A stretch of DNA of 63,665 bases, filler included, from Pelomyxa schiedti (Eukaryota; Protista; Evosea): the NCBI GenBank assembly GCA_020536535.1. It is 12 parts of 12 records of this genome, joined end to end, with 100 filler letters (N's around TTAATTAATTAA, not from the genome) between each part and the next. Parts side by side here need not be neighbours in the genome. Positions count along the whole stretch, not along the records: positions 1 to 8,829 come from JAHLWZ010001306.1; positions 8,930 to 26,071 come from JAHLWZ010000013.1; 10 more parts are not named here. One strand, 5' to 3'. Shown piece after piece: positions 1 through 12,506 of the stretch. How positions within the stretch are numbered: the first letter of the stretch is position 1; each line of letters opens with the position of its first letter. The notes under the pieces were generated by a model. It searched no databases. It was not told where the DNA came from and saw nothing but the letters and a program-made list of their open reading frames with translations. Made by a program: the position numbers and the translations under genes.

Positions 1-85
1 CCAGGAGTTGAGACATCTGCCTGTGAATGCGGTTCATCTCAGCCCATGGGTTCATGCCAAAGAATGGTGAGTATCTGAATGACAT
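1..85 (-). CDS. 5' end of probable small heat-shock protein (Hsp20), cut by window edge
   Basis: Minus strand reads MSFRYSPFFGMNPWAEMNRIHRQMSQLL, resembling the 'PFxEMxRxxRxMxxL' N-terminal segment of sHSPs. The alpha-crystallin domain is not visible. Confidence 0.45.
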   Translation of the reverse strand, partial: MSFRYSPFFGMNPWAEMNRIHRQMSQLL

Positions 86-528
86 TTTGTTTTTGTTTGA
101 GTTGTGTGTTTTAGTTGTTTGTTTGGTTTTTTTTATTTGTTCGCTTATTTATTTTGTATTTATTTGGTTTTTTTCACGTCGCCACTCCTTTAAATGCTCG
201 GACTTGTGCTTATTCCCTGCCCATTTCCCTCGAAGATCATCCTTTTCTAAGGTGAATCCAAGCAAAAACTCAGGGGAATTTCACTAAGCCGAAACTGCGA
301 GCTAAAGAGGCCTCTTGCAATCCAACGAGATCTGCTCTGGACCAGATCGGGGTCCCCAACACCACGCAAGATAATTTATTCTTAGATCCGTCTGTGAAGC
401 AAGTCCTCAAGCAGTTTGCCTGCCGTCGGTTAAATAACTCGTCATACGAGATCCGTTGACCGTAATCGTAATTTAACTTGTACCAACAATCAAATAAACA
501 AGCAATTTCAAACAGCGGCTTGTGGGAG

Positions 529-3500
529 ATGGCGAAACGAACGAGGGGCGGGTGTTGCTGCTGGACTCTGTGGAGATTCGTCGTAGTTGTTCTGGTCTAC
601 GTGCTGCTGTTGGGGTGGTCCAAGGTCGTCTACGCTGGGGACAAGCAGCAGACGTCGGCGGCGGGGGGCGGGCGGTGGTGGCAGAGGGGCTTCTCGTCCG
701 CGACGGGGGGCGCCGCGTCGTTCCTGGATTATGGGTCGGGGGCCACGTCGCTGCGCGAGTGGCTCCTGGACCTGACCGTGTGGCTCGGCGGCCTGGGCGA
801 CGTAACGATAGACGTTGGGATAGCCACAGTTACCATCGCCAACCTATCTTGCAGTACTTTCACCGTGGGCCCTGTGGCCACCAACGTGCCAACCCTTTTT
901 TTTTTTTTTTTTTTTTTTTTTTCTTGTCGCGTCAATCTTTTGAGTTGTTAATATCTCGTCGCGCAGGTTTCGGGACAGATTGGACCTCCTCCGGGGAAGT
1001 CGGATGCCACTTACTCTCTTTCCGTCTCTGATATGGGTGCAAATTGCTCCTCGTACTATAATGCCACGCGGAGCACGCGACCACATGATACAGCCTCTGG
1101 CACACTGGAAGTGGTGATTTCATCATCGGATTTAAGTATTTCTGTACTGCTGTCTGCAGATAACTACGAGGCCGACATATCTTCTTCATCAGCATATTTA
1201 CCATATGCTTTGAATATCAGCTCTTGCATCCCTGATTTTGACGTTTCCAAGTTCTTCTTCTATGGGAATTCTAGTCTTGCCGATACTCTAAACTTGGCAG
1301 ATGAAGCTGCCGAACTAGCATTGGCGCGCATGCTTGGTGATGCATTTTGTGGGCTCGGTGATGTCATATGCAATGGAGTTACCTCTATATTAGAAGTAGT
1401 GGATGTCAATGCTGCTTCGCTTGCATCTCCGGAAGCAGCCAACGTAATGTTAGCCCCACCACTTGTGCCTCCTGAAACGCAAGACGTCGCAACCAGCTCA
1501 GCTGTAAATGCTGTTGCCTTCTTGGCAAACGAATTCCTGGGTGCAACAGGACTGAATGACGTTTTCAACAAACTCACTAATCACTCAGGTAAGCTAACAC
1601 CCAACTGACCACCTGTTTACCTTGTATGTCTTACAGTCGTATTCATCCCCCTCCGATTTCTAATTAGGGGATCTGCATATCGAAACTGATTTCATTCCAA
1701 CTTTCGAACTTCCCATACCGCTCCTTGGGGATGCAAAGATCAAAATAGCAAGTGTATCAGTTCTGGGTTTGAATGGGTGGAATAATTTCGAGATTTCTAA
1801 GGCAATAGATGACTACGTACTGTTGTCAGATATTGGATTGGGTTCTCTTGATGTCAGTGTCATTGTTTCAGTTAATTTCACAACATTGCCACTGTACCAG
1901 GGGTTAATTTACGATCCTCTTTGGCTCTATGAGGAGATCACCATTGGTGGGACCTTTTCCGAGGGTGCAGATTTACTTGCTTTTATACAGTTAGCTTCTC
2001 AACCACAATTTCTGGATGACTGGACGGATGCACAATGCCTTAACATAGAGTGCGTCCTGTCCCTCATAAAATGGGAAAGTACTGCGCTCTCTTTCGTTAA
2101 TTTATCCTCATCTTGTGTCACTCCATTTGCTCTTCTCAGTGGAGGTTGCATTGAGGACGACTTTGTACAAGCTGTAAACTCGTTTTTGGCCTTAGTAATA
2201 TCTGCCTTCTCTTATTCTATTCCCGCTATACTACGGGGAGCTGCTGCAGGCCCCCTTGCAATTGGAATAAATGAAGTCGTCAGTCTGATCGAAAATCGCA
2301 CCCAGTGTGAATATATTCCTGATACTGTATCCACTTGTGCAATTATAAGTTGGCTTGAAGTGACTTGCTGCCTCGGTGGAGCATTCGTGGTCTTCGTTCT
2401 ATTTACCACCGGCTCATGCATTGCTGCAAGCTATTTATCCACCGGGAAGACTGCTCTGAAACCAAATGGGGATCCAAGTATCCATACTCCCCTTAAAGGA
2501 GGAGACATCCAAAGCACATCTTCGACGTCCCCTTTTCCCTCTAATTCATTACTGTTCCACCCTCGTCTTCACCCAATTTTGCGCTTTACTGTACCCCTTC
2601 TACTTTTTATGAGTGCTGGGTTCTTCCTGGTTGACAACCTTGGTTATGACATTGCGGTGCATATGCTACTGCAAGTTGGCAGTCCAAGACAAATTGCTTT
2701 TCCTTTGTTCTACCATGACGCCTCGGTATACCTATTTTCCAATACAGTTCATCCTCATTTCCTCGCAGGACGGAATGTGGGTCCAGGGTGGATGGGCCAT
2801 TTCCTTGTTGCTCATCCTGGCTGCACATGGCTTCAATTATGCTGTTCTTTTATCGTGCTTAGTGCTGTGGATTCTGCCGGAAAGAGTACTCTCACCAAGA
2901 AAAAGGGGGATTTTGCTCAGAGCAGCCTGTACCTCTCCTCTTCTCCCACTCACTCTTACTTCCTTCAGCTTTCGTACTGATTTGGTGTCTTGCCTGGAAC
3001 TTCTCTGGTGCCCTTATCATTTTGGGGTTCCAGTATAAATTTGTGACTCCAGTGTACCTACCCGAGCAGTATTCTATACAATACCCACTTACCCTGGACA
3101 TGTATATGAGCCCGCTGCCTGAAGTTCCTTTTTATTTCATAGGCACCTTTCTAGGCTTGTTTGGGACCTCAATTGCTTCGGTGTTGCACCAATACACTTC
3201 AAAGCAGTTCAGTTTTCCCAGAGTCGAGACGAAGTCTGAATCCCCTACAAGAGAATATTGCTCTCTGGTGTACCTTTGGGCAAAAAAAAGTACCACTCAG
3301 GCAGTAACTTCCATTTTTGTATCGCTTGCCATCCCACTCAGTGGCATTCTTTTGGTTTATGGACTACTGGCCAAGTACATCACGCTTCACACAACCGGGT
3401 TACTTGGATGGCTGAGTGACAGCGTTTTTGCAGTCAACAACTCCACGATAGGTATTAGCACTCCCACAACCACAAGCTACTCTGTGAAAGACTACATATA

Positions 3501-4044
3501 CATCCAGTCCCTTTCACCGGAAGGGCAGTTCCTGGGTGGAGTCTGGTCCACCTACATAGCATTCCTCATAGTACTCGCCGTAATGCCGCTCCTCTCCTGG
3601 CTTTTCATGGCCTGCCTGTGGTTTATTCCCACATCCCCTAAGCTTCGGAAGATACTTACTGTAATCACGGAAGTCTGCTTTGGCTATTCCGCCATCGGGG
3701 TAACAGTTCCCCAAACCCTATTCCCTATTCTAAGCCTAAAAAACCTCCTAACCCCCAAAAAGATATTCACCGTGACCATGATGATATCCATAACTGAATT
3801 CCCACCGCAAATCGCGGCGGTAGTCACGCCCACGTGCGACGCGATCAACGCGGCGCTAGGGGCGTGGACCGGGAGCCCCTCGGCGTCGTGCTACTCAGTC
3901 GAAGCGCACCCGGCGTGGCCCGGCCTGTGCTCCCTGGCCATTGGCTCCCTCCTCTACATCGCCAGCAGCGTTATTGCGCTCTACGCATCCAACACAACAC
4001 CATCCGTACCTCCTAATACCCCCACACAAAAACAGTCCACCTGA
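529..4044 (+). CDS. Multi-exon membrane protein: signal peptide, long luminal (BPI/TULIP-like?) region, PqiA-like multi-TM C-terminal half
   Basis: Hydrophobic N-terminus. TM half contains 'LLFHPRLHPILRFTVPLLL', 'GMWVQGGWAISLLLI...LVLWILPERVLSPRKRGILL' and a second copy 'LWFIPTSPKLRKIL', the pattern of eukaryotic PqiA-like proteins. ORFs 478, 1033, 1769, 2613 and 3022 join through short introns. Confidence 0.6.
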
Positions 4045-4222
4045 ACACATTGTCACTCTATGCCCCTCCTCTGTGGTGGGACACACAGTTACCATAATAC
4101 CTTAATCATAACCAAAAGGTGAAACCCTTTTTTTCCCCATTTCAACAACGTGATGCACGCAGCAACACGCGTTGTTAGTAATGAACGGCACACAGTACAA
4201 AAAATAACAAGGAGAGTCGAGG

Positions 4223-5722
4223 ATGTCAGGGACTGTTGTTGACAGTAGCGAGGGTGGGACAATGGCACATCCAGAGGCGGTGGGGAGTGGTGACAGGACT
4301 TATGGGTGGGTGTATCAAAAACCAGGGGGAATGCCAAGTCTGGGAGAGGTGTGTGCATCTACTCGAAGTTGGTGGTTGTTGCCTCTGATTGTAGTATTTA
4401 CTTACCATCACTATCAAGTGTGATATGATGGAAATGGGGCCAGAGGATGTGGAAGTATGTGTTGTGGCTAGTGGATTGTGCCACACTGATTGCCACATGG
4501 CTGCAAATGACTGGGGAATATCGAGATATCCACTGGTACCGGGTCACGAGGGAGTCGGCAAGGTACGAAAATAATATTATAGCAAACATAACTTCGAGAG
4601 TTCAATCTTTTTAAAAGGTGGTTGCGGTTGGCTCTGCAGTAAGCAAGTTGAAGTTAGGTCAGACTGTTGGTATTGGCTGGATTTGTGGCTCCTGTAGAAC
4701 TTGCCCCAATTGCCTCAAGGGGGAGGAAAGTATGAAATTCTTGTGGAAAATAACTTAGCTAACATCATCATACAGACCTTTGCACTCAAGGCAATAAGGC
4801 AACGATCATTGAAAGGACAGGCACTTTTGCTCACAGGGTTCGAATTTCACAGCACTTTGCCTATCCTATCCCAGCGAATCTCGATCCCCTCAAGGCGGCA
4901 CCACTTCTTTGTGCTGGAATGACTGTATTCGCTCCTCTTCAGAAATATGTCAAGTCCTTCGGCATGATGGTTTTTCTTTCCCTTTCATTTCCTCTACTAA
5001 ACGAAGTCAGATTGGGATCATTGGAATTGGCGGGCTTGGGCACATGGCCATTAAGTGGGTAAAAAACCGCTCTCCGTAATTGAAACTTAAATTTGTAGGT
5101 TTGCGCATGCCATGGGAGCATATGTCACTGTATATTCTTCATCTGCTGAAAAAGAGACCGAGGCCACAAAGATGGGTGCAAATCGCTTTGTTTTGTGTAC
5201 AGATGCATCTTCCATGGCCAAGGAAAACGCTACACAGGTAGTCTCCTCCCAAACTGCGCACCTCCTCACTGGTTTCTAACAGGAACTGATCATTAACACA
5301 TCACCGGTGCCTGTGGATTGGAATATGTACATGTCTATTCTCACTAAGGGCGGAATTTTCTGTCTTGTTGGAATTCCGGTAGACAACATCCCGATCAACA
5401 CCACAGACCTCGTTTTTGGACAGAAGAGTGTTGTTGGAACCATAGTGAGTGGATCAGCAATTATGACTCAGATGCTGGACTTTTGTGCAAAGCACCAGGT
5501 ATTCCTTTCTTTGTACCGTCATTTTTTTCCCTCACCATTCTCCATTACCGGTGTAAATTGTATTTTGTTCAGATATACCCTGAGGTGGAGATATGGTGTG
5601 TGACTACAAATGCAACTACACTTAACACTGACACCTCCTTAAAAGGGACTTCAAGGACTTCCCAGGCAACAAAGAGGTGTTTGTCTGGTAAGGCCCACTA
5701 CCGCATCGTTCTCAAATGGTAA
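4223..5722 (+). CDS. Zn-dependent NAD(P) alcohol dehydrogenase, CAD/AdhP family (multi-exon)
   Basis: Spliced translation contains GLCHTD, PGHEGVG, CGSCRTCPNC (structural Zn), APLLCAG and GIGGLGH, and ends GKAHYRIVLKW*. Confidence 0.93.
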
Positions 5723-5884
5723 AATGGGAGAAAAGCAGGCCAAGTGCTGAGAACCAAACCAAAAACATAAAAAAAAAATTTTTTGGGTTTTTGGTGAGCC
5801 AGTTTCGCACTTTGCATTCGCATCCTCCGTCATCCGCTCATCAATGGATTTGATCCGCAGTTCCTGTAACCACTCGAGTGGGTG

Positions 5885-7821
5885 ATGAGCGTTCGTGATC
5901 AACTTGGCGCCGCGTCGCAGGGGTGTGAGGGACGCTCTCGCGAGTGGTGCCCTTCGCCATTTGCACACTTATGGGAGGCCAGTGTTTCCTTGTCACTTGT
6001 TCTTGCGTCACTCCACGGTGTCGATTTGTTTATTCTATTTTTATTCTCTATCTGATCAGTACTGCTTCAAATACTTCACGCAAACAACTCTAAACACAAA
6101 ACAGGTGTATCAGTAGTGATGTCTAGTACACTGCGAAATGACCTTGGGTATTACTCACTGGCATGTGCACAGGGGTGCATTGCAGTCACTGCTATGAGTG
6201 CATCCTCCAGTGTGGTATCAAGGATCACACCCAAATGGGCTATGTTCATTGGAAGCCTGGGTTATTTTGTGTTTATGGTCTCTAACTTTTATCCACGTGC
6301 TTGGCTATTGATTCCAGCCTCGTGCCTTCTCGGAATTGGTGGGGCTTTGGCTTGGGCCGGTCAAGGTTACTCCGTTATTATAACTTCTTATCTTTTATCA
6401 ATTCGTTGTCCACACAGGTACTTATGTTGCATATGCGGCAACATCTTACTCTGAGTGTAAAAATAAAGAACCCATGGAATCATTCGGACTCTTTTCTGGT
6501 ATCTTCTTTGGTGTAGAGAATGTAATAACATCAGCCTTCTTTATTAATTTTCATGCTCCTTGTAGGCATTCTGTGTTGCCGGCTATGTGGCTTTATCATC
6601 TATTCTACTTGTCAGTCCAGTCAAGGAGACCAGTGCATCTTCTGTGGAAGAAGCAAACTACACACTGAGTTCCACTGCCCTTTATGGTTTGTGCATCTTT
6701 TTCGTGTTTCTTCTGACATTGAGCAGTATTTGTCTCATTTTTTTCCTTCATCTGTGGGCTTGGATCTTTTGGCTTATTGCTTCTTCCTCATGAACAACCG
6801 CCAGTTGAAAATGTCGTACCTCACAACTCACTCGCACAGTTGATTTTTTCCACATTGCAACTTGGAACAGACACCCGGATGGTTCTTCTGGTCCCATTGC
6901 TATTTTATTGTGGAATTCAGAAGGGTACACTTTTCTTTTCCTTTATGGCTGACCAAAACAAAACAGGATTCTCATCTGGCGTTTTTACTGCCAAAGTTAT
7001 ATCTCCAAATCTTGGTGTTCCCATGATAGGCTTTGTTTTCGCCGTTTCTTGTGTAGTATTATATCTGAGTAAACTTTTCTAACCCCACCACCAAATAGCG
7101 GCTGCCACGGCTATTTGTTCTGCTGTTTTTGGTAACTTTTCTTCGCTAAGTGCAGGCCTAATCTTTGTGCAGGTCAAATTGGAGATGTTATAGGGATGAA
7201 GTGGATAGCTCTATTTGGCTTCCTTGCAGATTTTTCGGTTTACCTGTCTCTCACTTGTCTCTCCGTGACAAATAAAGTTTTTTCCCCACTTAGATAATAT
7301 CGTAAACACCTTTCCCTTTCAATAGGTTTGGAGTGTACCACAACAGCTTCTTTTGCCGGATTGGACCATTTGGGTTTTTTCCATTGCACTTGGAATAGGT
7401 AATAGACCAACAAGAACACACAGTCCCCTCAATTAACCACCGCACAGGTGATTCCCTTGTGTACCATGTATTCTCATCCACGATGGTTGGGAGGTTCACC
7501 AACAAGCCGGCAGCATATTCCAATGCCCGGTTCTGGATGGCAGCTGGCACCATATTTGCCCTCGTGTGTGGGCCCAATGTGACACTTGGTATGATGTGTG
7601 CAATAGTGCTTGCAGTGACTGTGGTGGCTGTTTCCTGCCTGTTCATACTGGACCTGCTGGTCATGCCAATCAACACAAAGAGGAAGTCACAGACACCAAG
7701 TGATGACTACTGCGCAACATCCACTGCAGTTCTGTTCACAAAATACCACAGTGAGGAAACAGGACCACACCACAACATAAATACACTCAATAAACGAGAA
7801 AGAGCCCCACTCCTTGAATGA
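5885..7821 (+). CDS. UNC-93-like MFS transporter (multi-exon)
   Basis: 'LGYYSLAC...SRITPKWAMFIGSLGY...NFYP...LLGIGGALAWAGQG(T)YV', 'RMVLLVPLLFYCG' and multiple TM segments. Confidence 0.85.
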
Positions 7822-8177
7822 CCTCAAACTCGCAACGTAAATTTTGTGAACTCACATCATGCATCTTATCTCTGTCCGCAGACAATAACAACAGCACATA
7901 ACCAAGCACAACCGCTTTCATTTCCGACCCCACAGTGAACAAACACAAAAGGGTGTGGCGCTACATCCAACTAATCGCATTGAATATCAACTGCATTTGT
8001 TTTCCAAAGATGAGAAGCAAGTAGCTTTTGTGTACATCCCTTAGAGTAACTCAACAATCACCGGGGAAAGAAACGTCCAAACGTCAAGTTGTGTTCTTTC
8101 GTAACATCGACAGTTGAAGTTGCTTTCATGTAAGCGCCGCAGCTGGAAAACATCCTAAAAACCAACAGCAGGGGGGA

Positions 8178-8829
8178 ATGCCCATCGTAAAGGGGATTGG
8201 CACCAACAAGGTCTCGGACATCAGCATGTGCACATCCAGCAACAAGGCCCACAATGACAGTCCGGCCATCCAGCGGGTGCCCACCCTCGGCAGCACCGTC
8301 ACGACATCCCGGACCACCAACAGCGGCGAGAACGAGTTCCTGGGCGTCATCGGGGTGCCCGTGGACGAGGACTGCGCCGAGTTGCGTCGGCGAAACGGCG
8401 GGCGCCCGGGGTGCAGGGCGTCGCTGCCACTCAAGGCCGTCGTGCCACTCTCATCAGTTGCTGTGGTTCTGTCCATCGTCGTCGTGTGCATTGTGCCGAT
8501 GACGCAACAATGGAGCAAGTCCCTCAACACAGTCTCCGAAACTGCGAAATCAAACCTCCTCGATGTATGTACCATCTACTCATGAACCGGTTCCGTAGCA
8601 CACACCATCCATCTCTGAGGAACTTTATTTTCTTGTAAATGGTTGTGATAGCGCTATCACAACCATTTACAAGAAAAATGTAGTGTAACAAACCATAGTA
8701 TCTCACGAACACACAGGCATTGGAACTTTACCGACGGTCACTTGCAGAACAGGCAGTATCCAACATCAGCACACTTGTGCAACAGGCTCCTGCTTTGGCT
8801 GACTTGATCGAGGGTGCTGTCCTCGAGGA
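8178..8829 (+). CDS. 5' part of a membrane-anchored protein (receptor/cyclase-like N-terminus), truncated at contig end
   Basis: Low-complexity N-terminus, TM 'LKAVVPLSSVAVVLSIVVVCIVPM', then a helical segment continuing after an intron (ALELYRRSLAEQAVSNI...). No catalytic domain is visible. Confidence 0.4.
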
Positions 8830-8929
8830 NNNNNNNNNNNNNNNNNNNNNNNNNNNNNNNNNNNNNNNNNNNNTTAATTAATTAANNNNNNNNNNNNNNN
8901 NNNNNNNNNNNNNNNNNNNNNNNNNNNNN
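8830..8929. other. Artificial contig linker. Identical linkers at 26072, 27192, 29089, 31153, 47885, 53009, 54949, 56158, 59430 and 62140 (each 100 nt)
   Basis: N44-TTAATTAATTAA-N44 gives stops in all six frames. Genes are cut abruptly at each one. Confidence 0.98.
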
Positions 8930-9410
8930 CGGCCCGTTGATCGGCGGGTGGATTGGGTACCACCGCACCAACCCCCAGACCGCAGTGGACATTCTACTCA
9001 ACAATCTTATGTACGCCGGTTTTTTTCTGAGTCCTGGATTATGGGACGAGAATCCAAACAAAAGGAAAATAATTTTTTCGGGGAGGAGGAAACAACAGAG
9101 ACAGACGTCGAAGTAATAGGGCTGTGGTGTGTTGTACGGGATCTCGGGCGGTGGTGTGTTGAACGGGATCTCCCCACCAACAGCTTTGGTATCGTAAACG
9201 GCGACGATGACGATTATGCCTTGATGGCAACTTACGAAAGCGGCAACTCGAAAGGGTACTACTGCTACCACCACCATGTTGAAAATATTTGCATTTGAAC
9301 CGTTTGTGTACGTAGACTCGCCGGGATTCACTGGGTTTTTTTTTATTCACCCGTCACAATTCTAATGCGAAAAATGTTCTTGTTTGAACTCGTTTTGTGT
9401 GTTAGGTGTG

Positions 9411-12156
9411 CTAAAATACCGGGTGTGTGAAGCTGGCTGCAGCAGTGAGGAATGTGTGCTCTTGTTCCTGATTGTTGTTGAGAGGTGGTGGAGGAAATTG
9501 TGTATTCTTACCAGGAAAGATTCCACCATCTTGTTCCAGTGTTCTGCTCTGGCAGTAAGGTGAGCCTTTGTGACTGCAACCTCAAAGAGCTCATTTAGGC
9601 GGGAATCGTCAAGCTGACTTATGCACCCGTGCATGGATAGTACTAATTGGGATTGCCTGCGGCATGTGGGTTAAAGATGAATAATCCAAGGGCAACAACA
9701 TTGGAACCAGGAAGAAGTTGTAGCACTTCAAAATGACATTCGTAACAGTTCGGTTTTTAATGTCCCCAAAAAGAATTTGGACCAGCTCTGACACGTGCGC
9801 AAATATCTGCAGGTGAAACCCGTATTTAGAAGGGAAACGTTTTATGTTGCGACTAACCTGTTCTTGATCTGCACCAGGTTTCAGTTGTGGCAGCTCCCCT
9901 AACCTGCAAAGTGGTGTTTAGCTTTCATGTGAAACTCTAGGAAAAAACCTGCTCGCTTGCCAGCACACCAATTGTGTGCAAGTAAACTCATCTAGGCATT
10001 TACTAAGACATTTATCAGCAACACTGTCAACGAACTGTGTAGTGTAAAACAGAGAAGCTATAGTAAGTCTTCAAGATACTTGATTGTAGTTATCTTTTAT
10101 GTAAGCTGCGAAGTATGGGTACTGATCAACAGAGGTTGCCCCCAGAACAGGAGTAGATACAGTTGCTACAGAAGCTTGAGTCAGAAGTTTCTGGGACACA
10201 GCCCTTTTGGACTCAAGCATGCTGTCAGCAATGTGTACAAGATTCTAAGAAAAAAATGGTGATGAAAGGCAGTGTGAATGCACTATACAAAAAAGACCTT
10301 CATGATATAGGTTGCCCTCTTAATGAGTTGGGAAACGAGAGGTTGTAATATTTGAACAGTTTTGGTTCGCGTAATGTCACTTGCCTAAGGCGATGTTGGC
10401 AGGCAAAACAAAGAGCAAAACTTACAGCCCAAATGAGATCAGGCCCAAGACCTGTTTTTGTTGTCCCCAGTGCTGCTGCAACTTCATGCCTGGAAACCTG
10501 CAAAAGAAAAGGTGAGACTCAGCATTCCTTTGTCGCCAACCTGAATGTCCGTGCATCTGTCAACAACAGCCTTAAATTCATTAAGGAGACGTTCTAATTG
10601 TTGTCCGCCGTAAAGTCTTGAGGCATGAGATGCAATTTCCCAATCCGCGGGATTAAACGTAATTTCTCTCCTTTCACAGTCATGCCACTCTCCTGTTTCT
10701 GTTTCAGAGGTCAGATGTTTTCGAGGAAACGTTGAGTCCTAACCTTCATGCGCCTTTTCCTCGAAAAGTGTTTCACCATTTTGGGCTGGTCTCCCTTCAA
10801 TACTTCCTTGAACAAGCTCTTCAATTGCTTCAAAGTTGTGAGGAACATGAGGGACCGCAATTGGGTTTCTTAACCTTGAAGGAACTCCGACATAAACACG
10901 GACGCATTGGCGCGAAGTTGATGAGGTTGCATAGCCTCAAGTTGTGCGGAGACTTTGTAAGCATTCTGTTGGGCTTGTTTTTTATGGTTGCGGAGCCGTT
11001 TGAGTATCTCAGGTATCAGATCTTGATACCTATAATAATATCCAGTTAAAAAAAAAAGATATTGGATTAGATGTTTGATGTAGGTACTTGTTTAAAGTCC
11101 AGTCAAGAACATATTTCTGTAGAGCCACAACTCCAATTGATTTCTCATATCTTACAAGACTGCATTTAGAGAAAAGGCAAATTTCTTCTCATGCTACCTC
11201 CTATCGTACTGCAAAAGTTCAAGGGCATCCTTATCTCCCTTCAGAAGTTGTGCTAAACGCCGTTTGTAAAGATGTGCCTCAATAGCACCAGCCGGTAGAG
11301 AGGTGAAAAATACAGGCGTATCCATTAAGGGATTGGCAGATAAGAACAGTTGTAATTCCCTGCAAGGAAAAGTTTTAAAAGGAATAAAGCTGGGCATATT
11401 ACAACCTGAATGAGCCAAAGTTTTTCAACAACCCCGCAAACTTATTGAATACAAAGACACTTCTCGACCGCTTTGGGTCTACTTTGCTTACAAAATCAAC
11501 TATTTGAACCCTCTCCCAGTCGGTGGCTTCCTCCACACACAAGAGCATCCTTGTGGGAGGAGTCATCAGTTCAAGGACAATAGATTCTACCTCTTCAATT
11601 GCCTGTAGGGGAAGGGGTAGGAAAATAAACATTAATTCCGATTTTACCTCAGCAGGGTCAGATTTCGGAAGCAAGCCTGGAGTATCAAATATTGTCATGC
11701 CCCAGCAGTATTTGAACTCATATAAAATGCGAATTGGCACAGAAGATTTCTTATTTCTGTCTCTGATGGTCTCAGGGACTTTATTCAAAGGTATCTCAGT
11801 GTCTTCCATAAACTGAGGGAGTGCCAGATCGTGCATGAATGTGATTTTTGGTGTGGCACATTGTTGGTTATTGACCATTTTGACCTCAATTGGTCGCATG
11901 GTAGCTGAAAAGCTTAGTTAAAACCCGCGAGTTCAATGGGAAGAAGCTCACATGTGCCAGTGTCGCCGAATTTGTGGCCCAAAATAGCTTCCAGCAATGA
12001 TGTCTTTCCTACTCCTTTTTTGCCAACAAGCACAATTTCTGGTACTTGCACCGGGGTGTTTATCCTAATTAACAGTTCACTACGGCCAAGAGTAAAGACT
12101 GTATTTGAAACGTACTTCCGTGCCAAAGACATTATGGAACTGTACGCCTCGTACAT
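9411..12156 (-). CDS. Dynamin-related protein, DRP5/ARC5 (Dlp) type (multi-exon; true start may be ~12289)
   Basis: PEIVLVGKKGVGKTSLLEA (G1), TMRP (G2), IFDTPG (G3), VFNKF (G4), 'KCYNFFLVPM'. Ends EQEHTFLTAAASFTHPVF*. No PH or PRD domain. Confidence 0.88.
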
Positions 12157-12506
12157 TTCGACAGAAAAACCGGTCCCTGGATCGCTGCTGGTGGGAGTGT
12201 GAACAGACGAAAAGATCTAAAGAAATGTGCGATCGAAAAATAAAAAGTAGAGTGTCACAAGCGCAGGGAAGTGGTGTCAACCTTGCCATGCTGCCGGCCG
12301 GTAATTGTTTTTTTCCTTTTCTTTTTGTCCGAACGCGAAATCGGTGCTCTTTCAACAGACACTTTCGATCCCTGAGTCTCTGCTACTCCAGTTCTCTTCG
12401 TACTTCTGTCACCTCGGTACAACATGTTGTCCTTCTCGTCCCACGGGGGGTCCGCCCTCGAATCTTGGGTTTCAAAGATCCTCCGTTTTCAAGATTTCTA
12501 AGAAAA

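Noticed and set aside
190-290. Heat-shock elements upstream of the putative Hsp20
   Set aside because: Only partial nGAAn matches, with no clean triple array.
8930-9350. Short ORFs with a small internal repeat (EIPFNTP/EIPYNTP)
   Set aside because: No consistent exon structure or family could be assigned at the contig edge.
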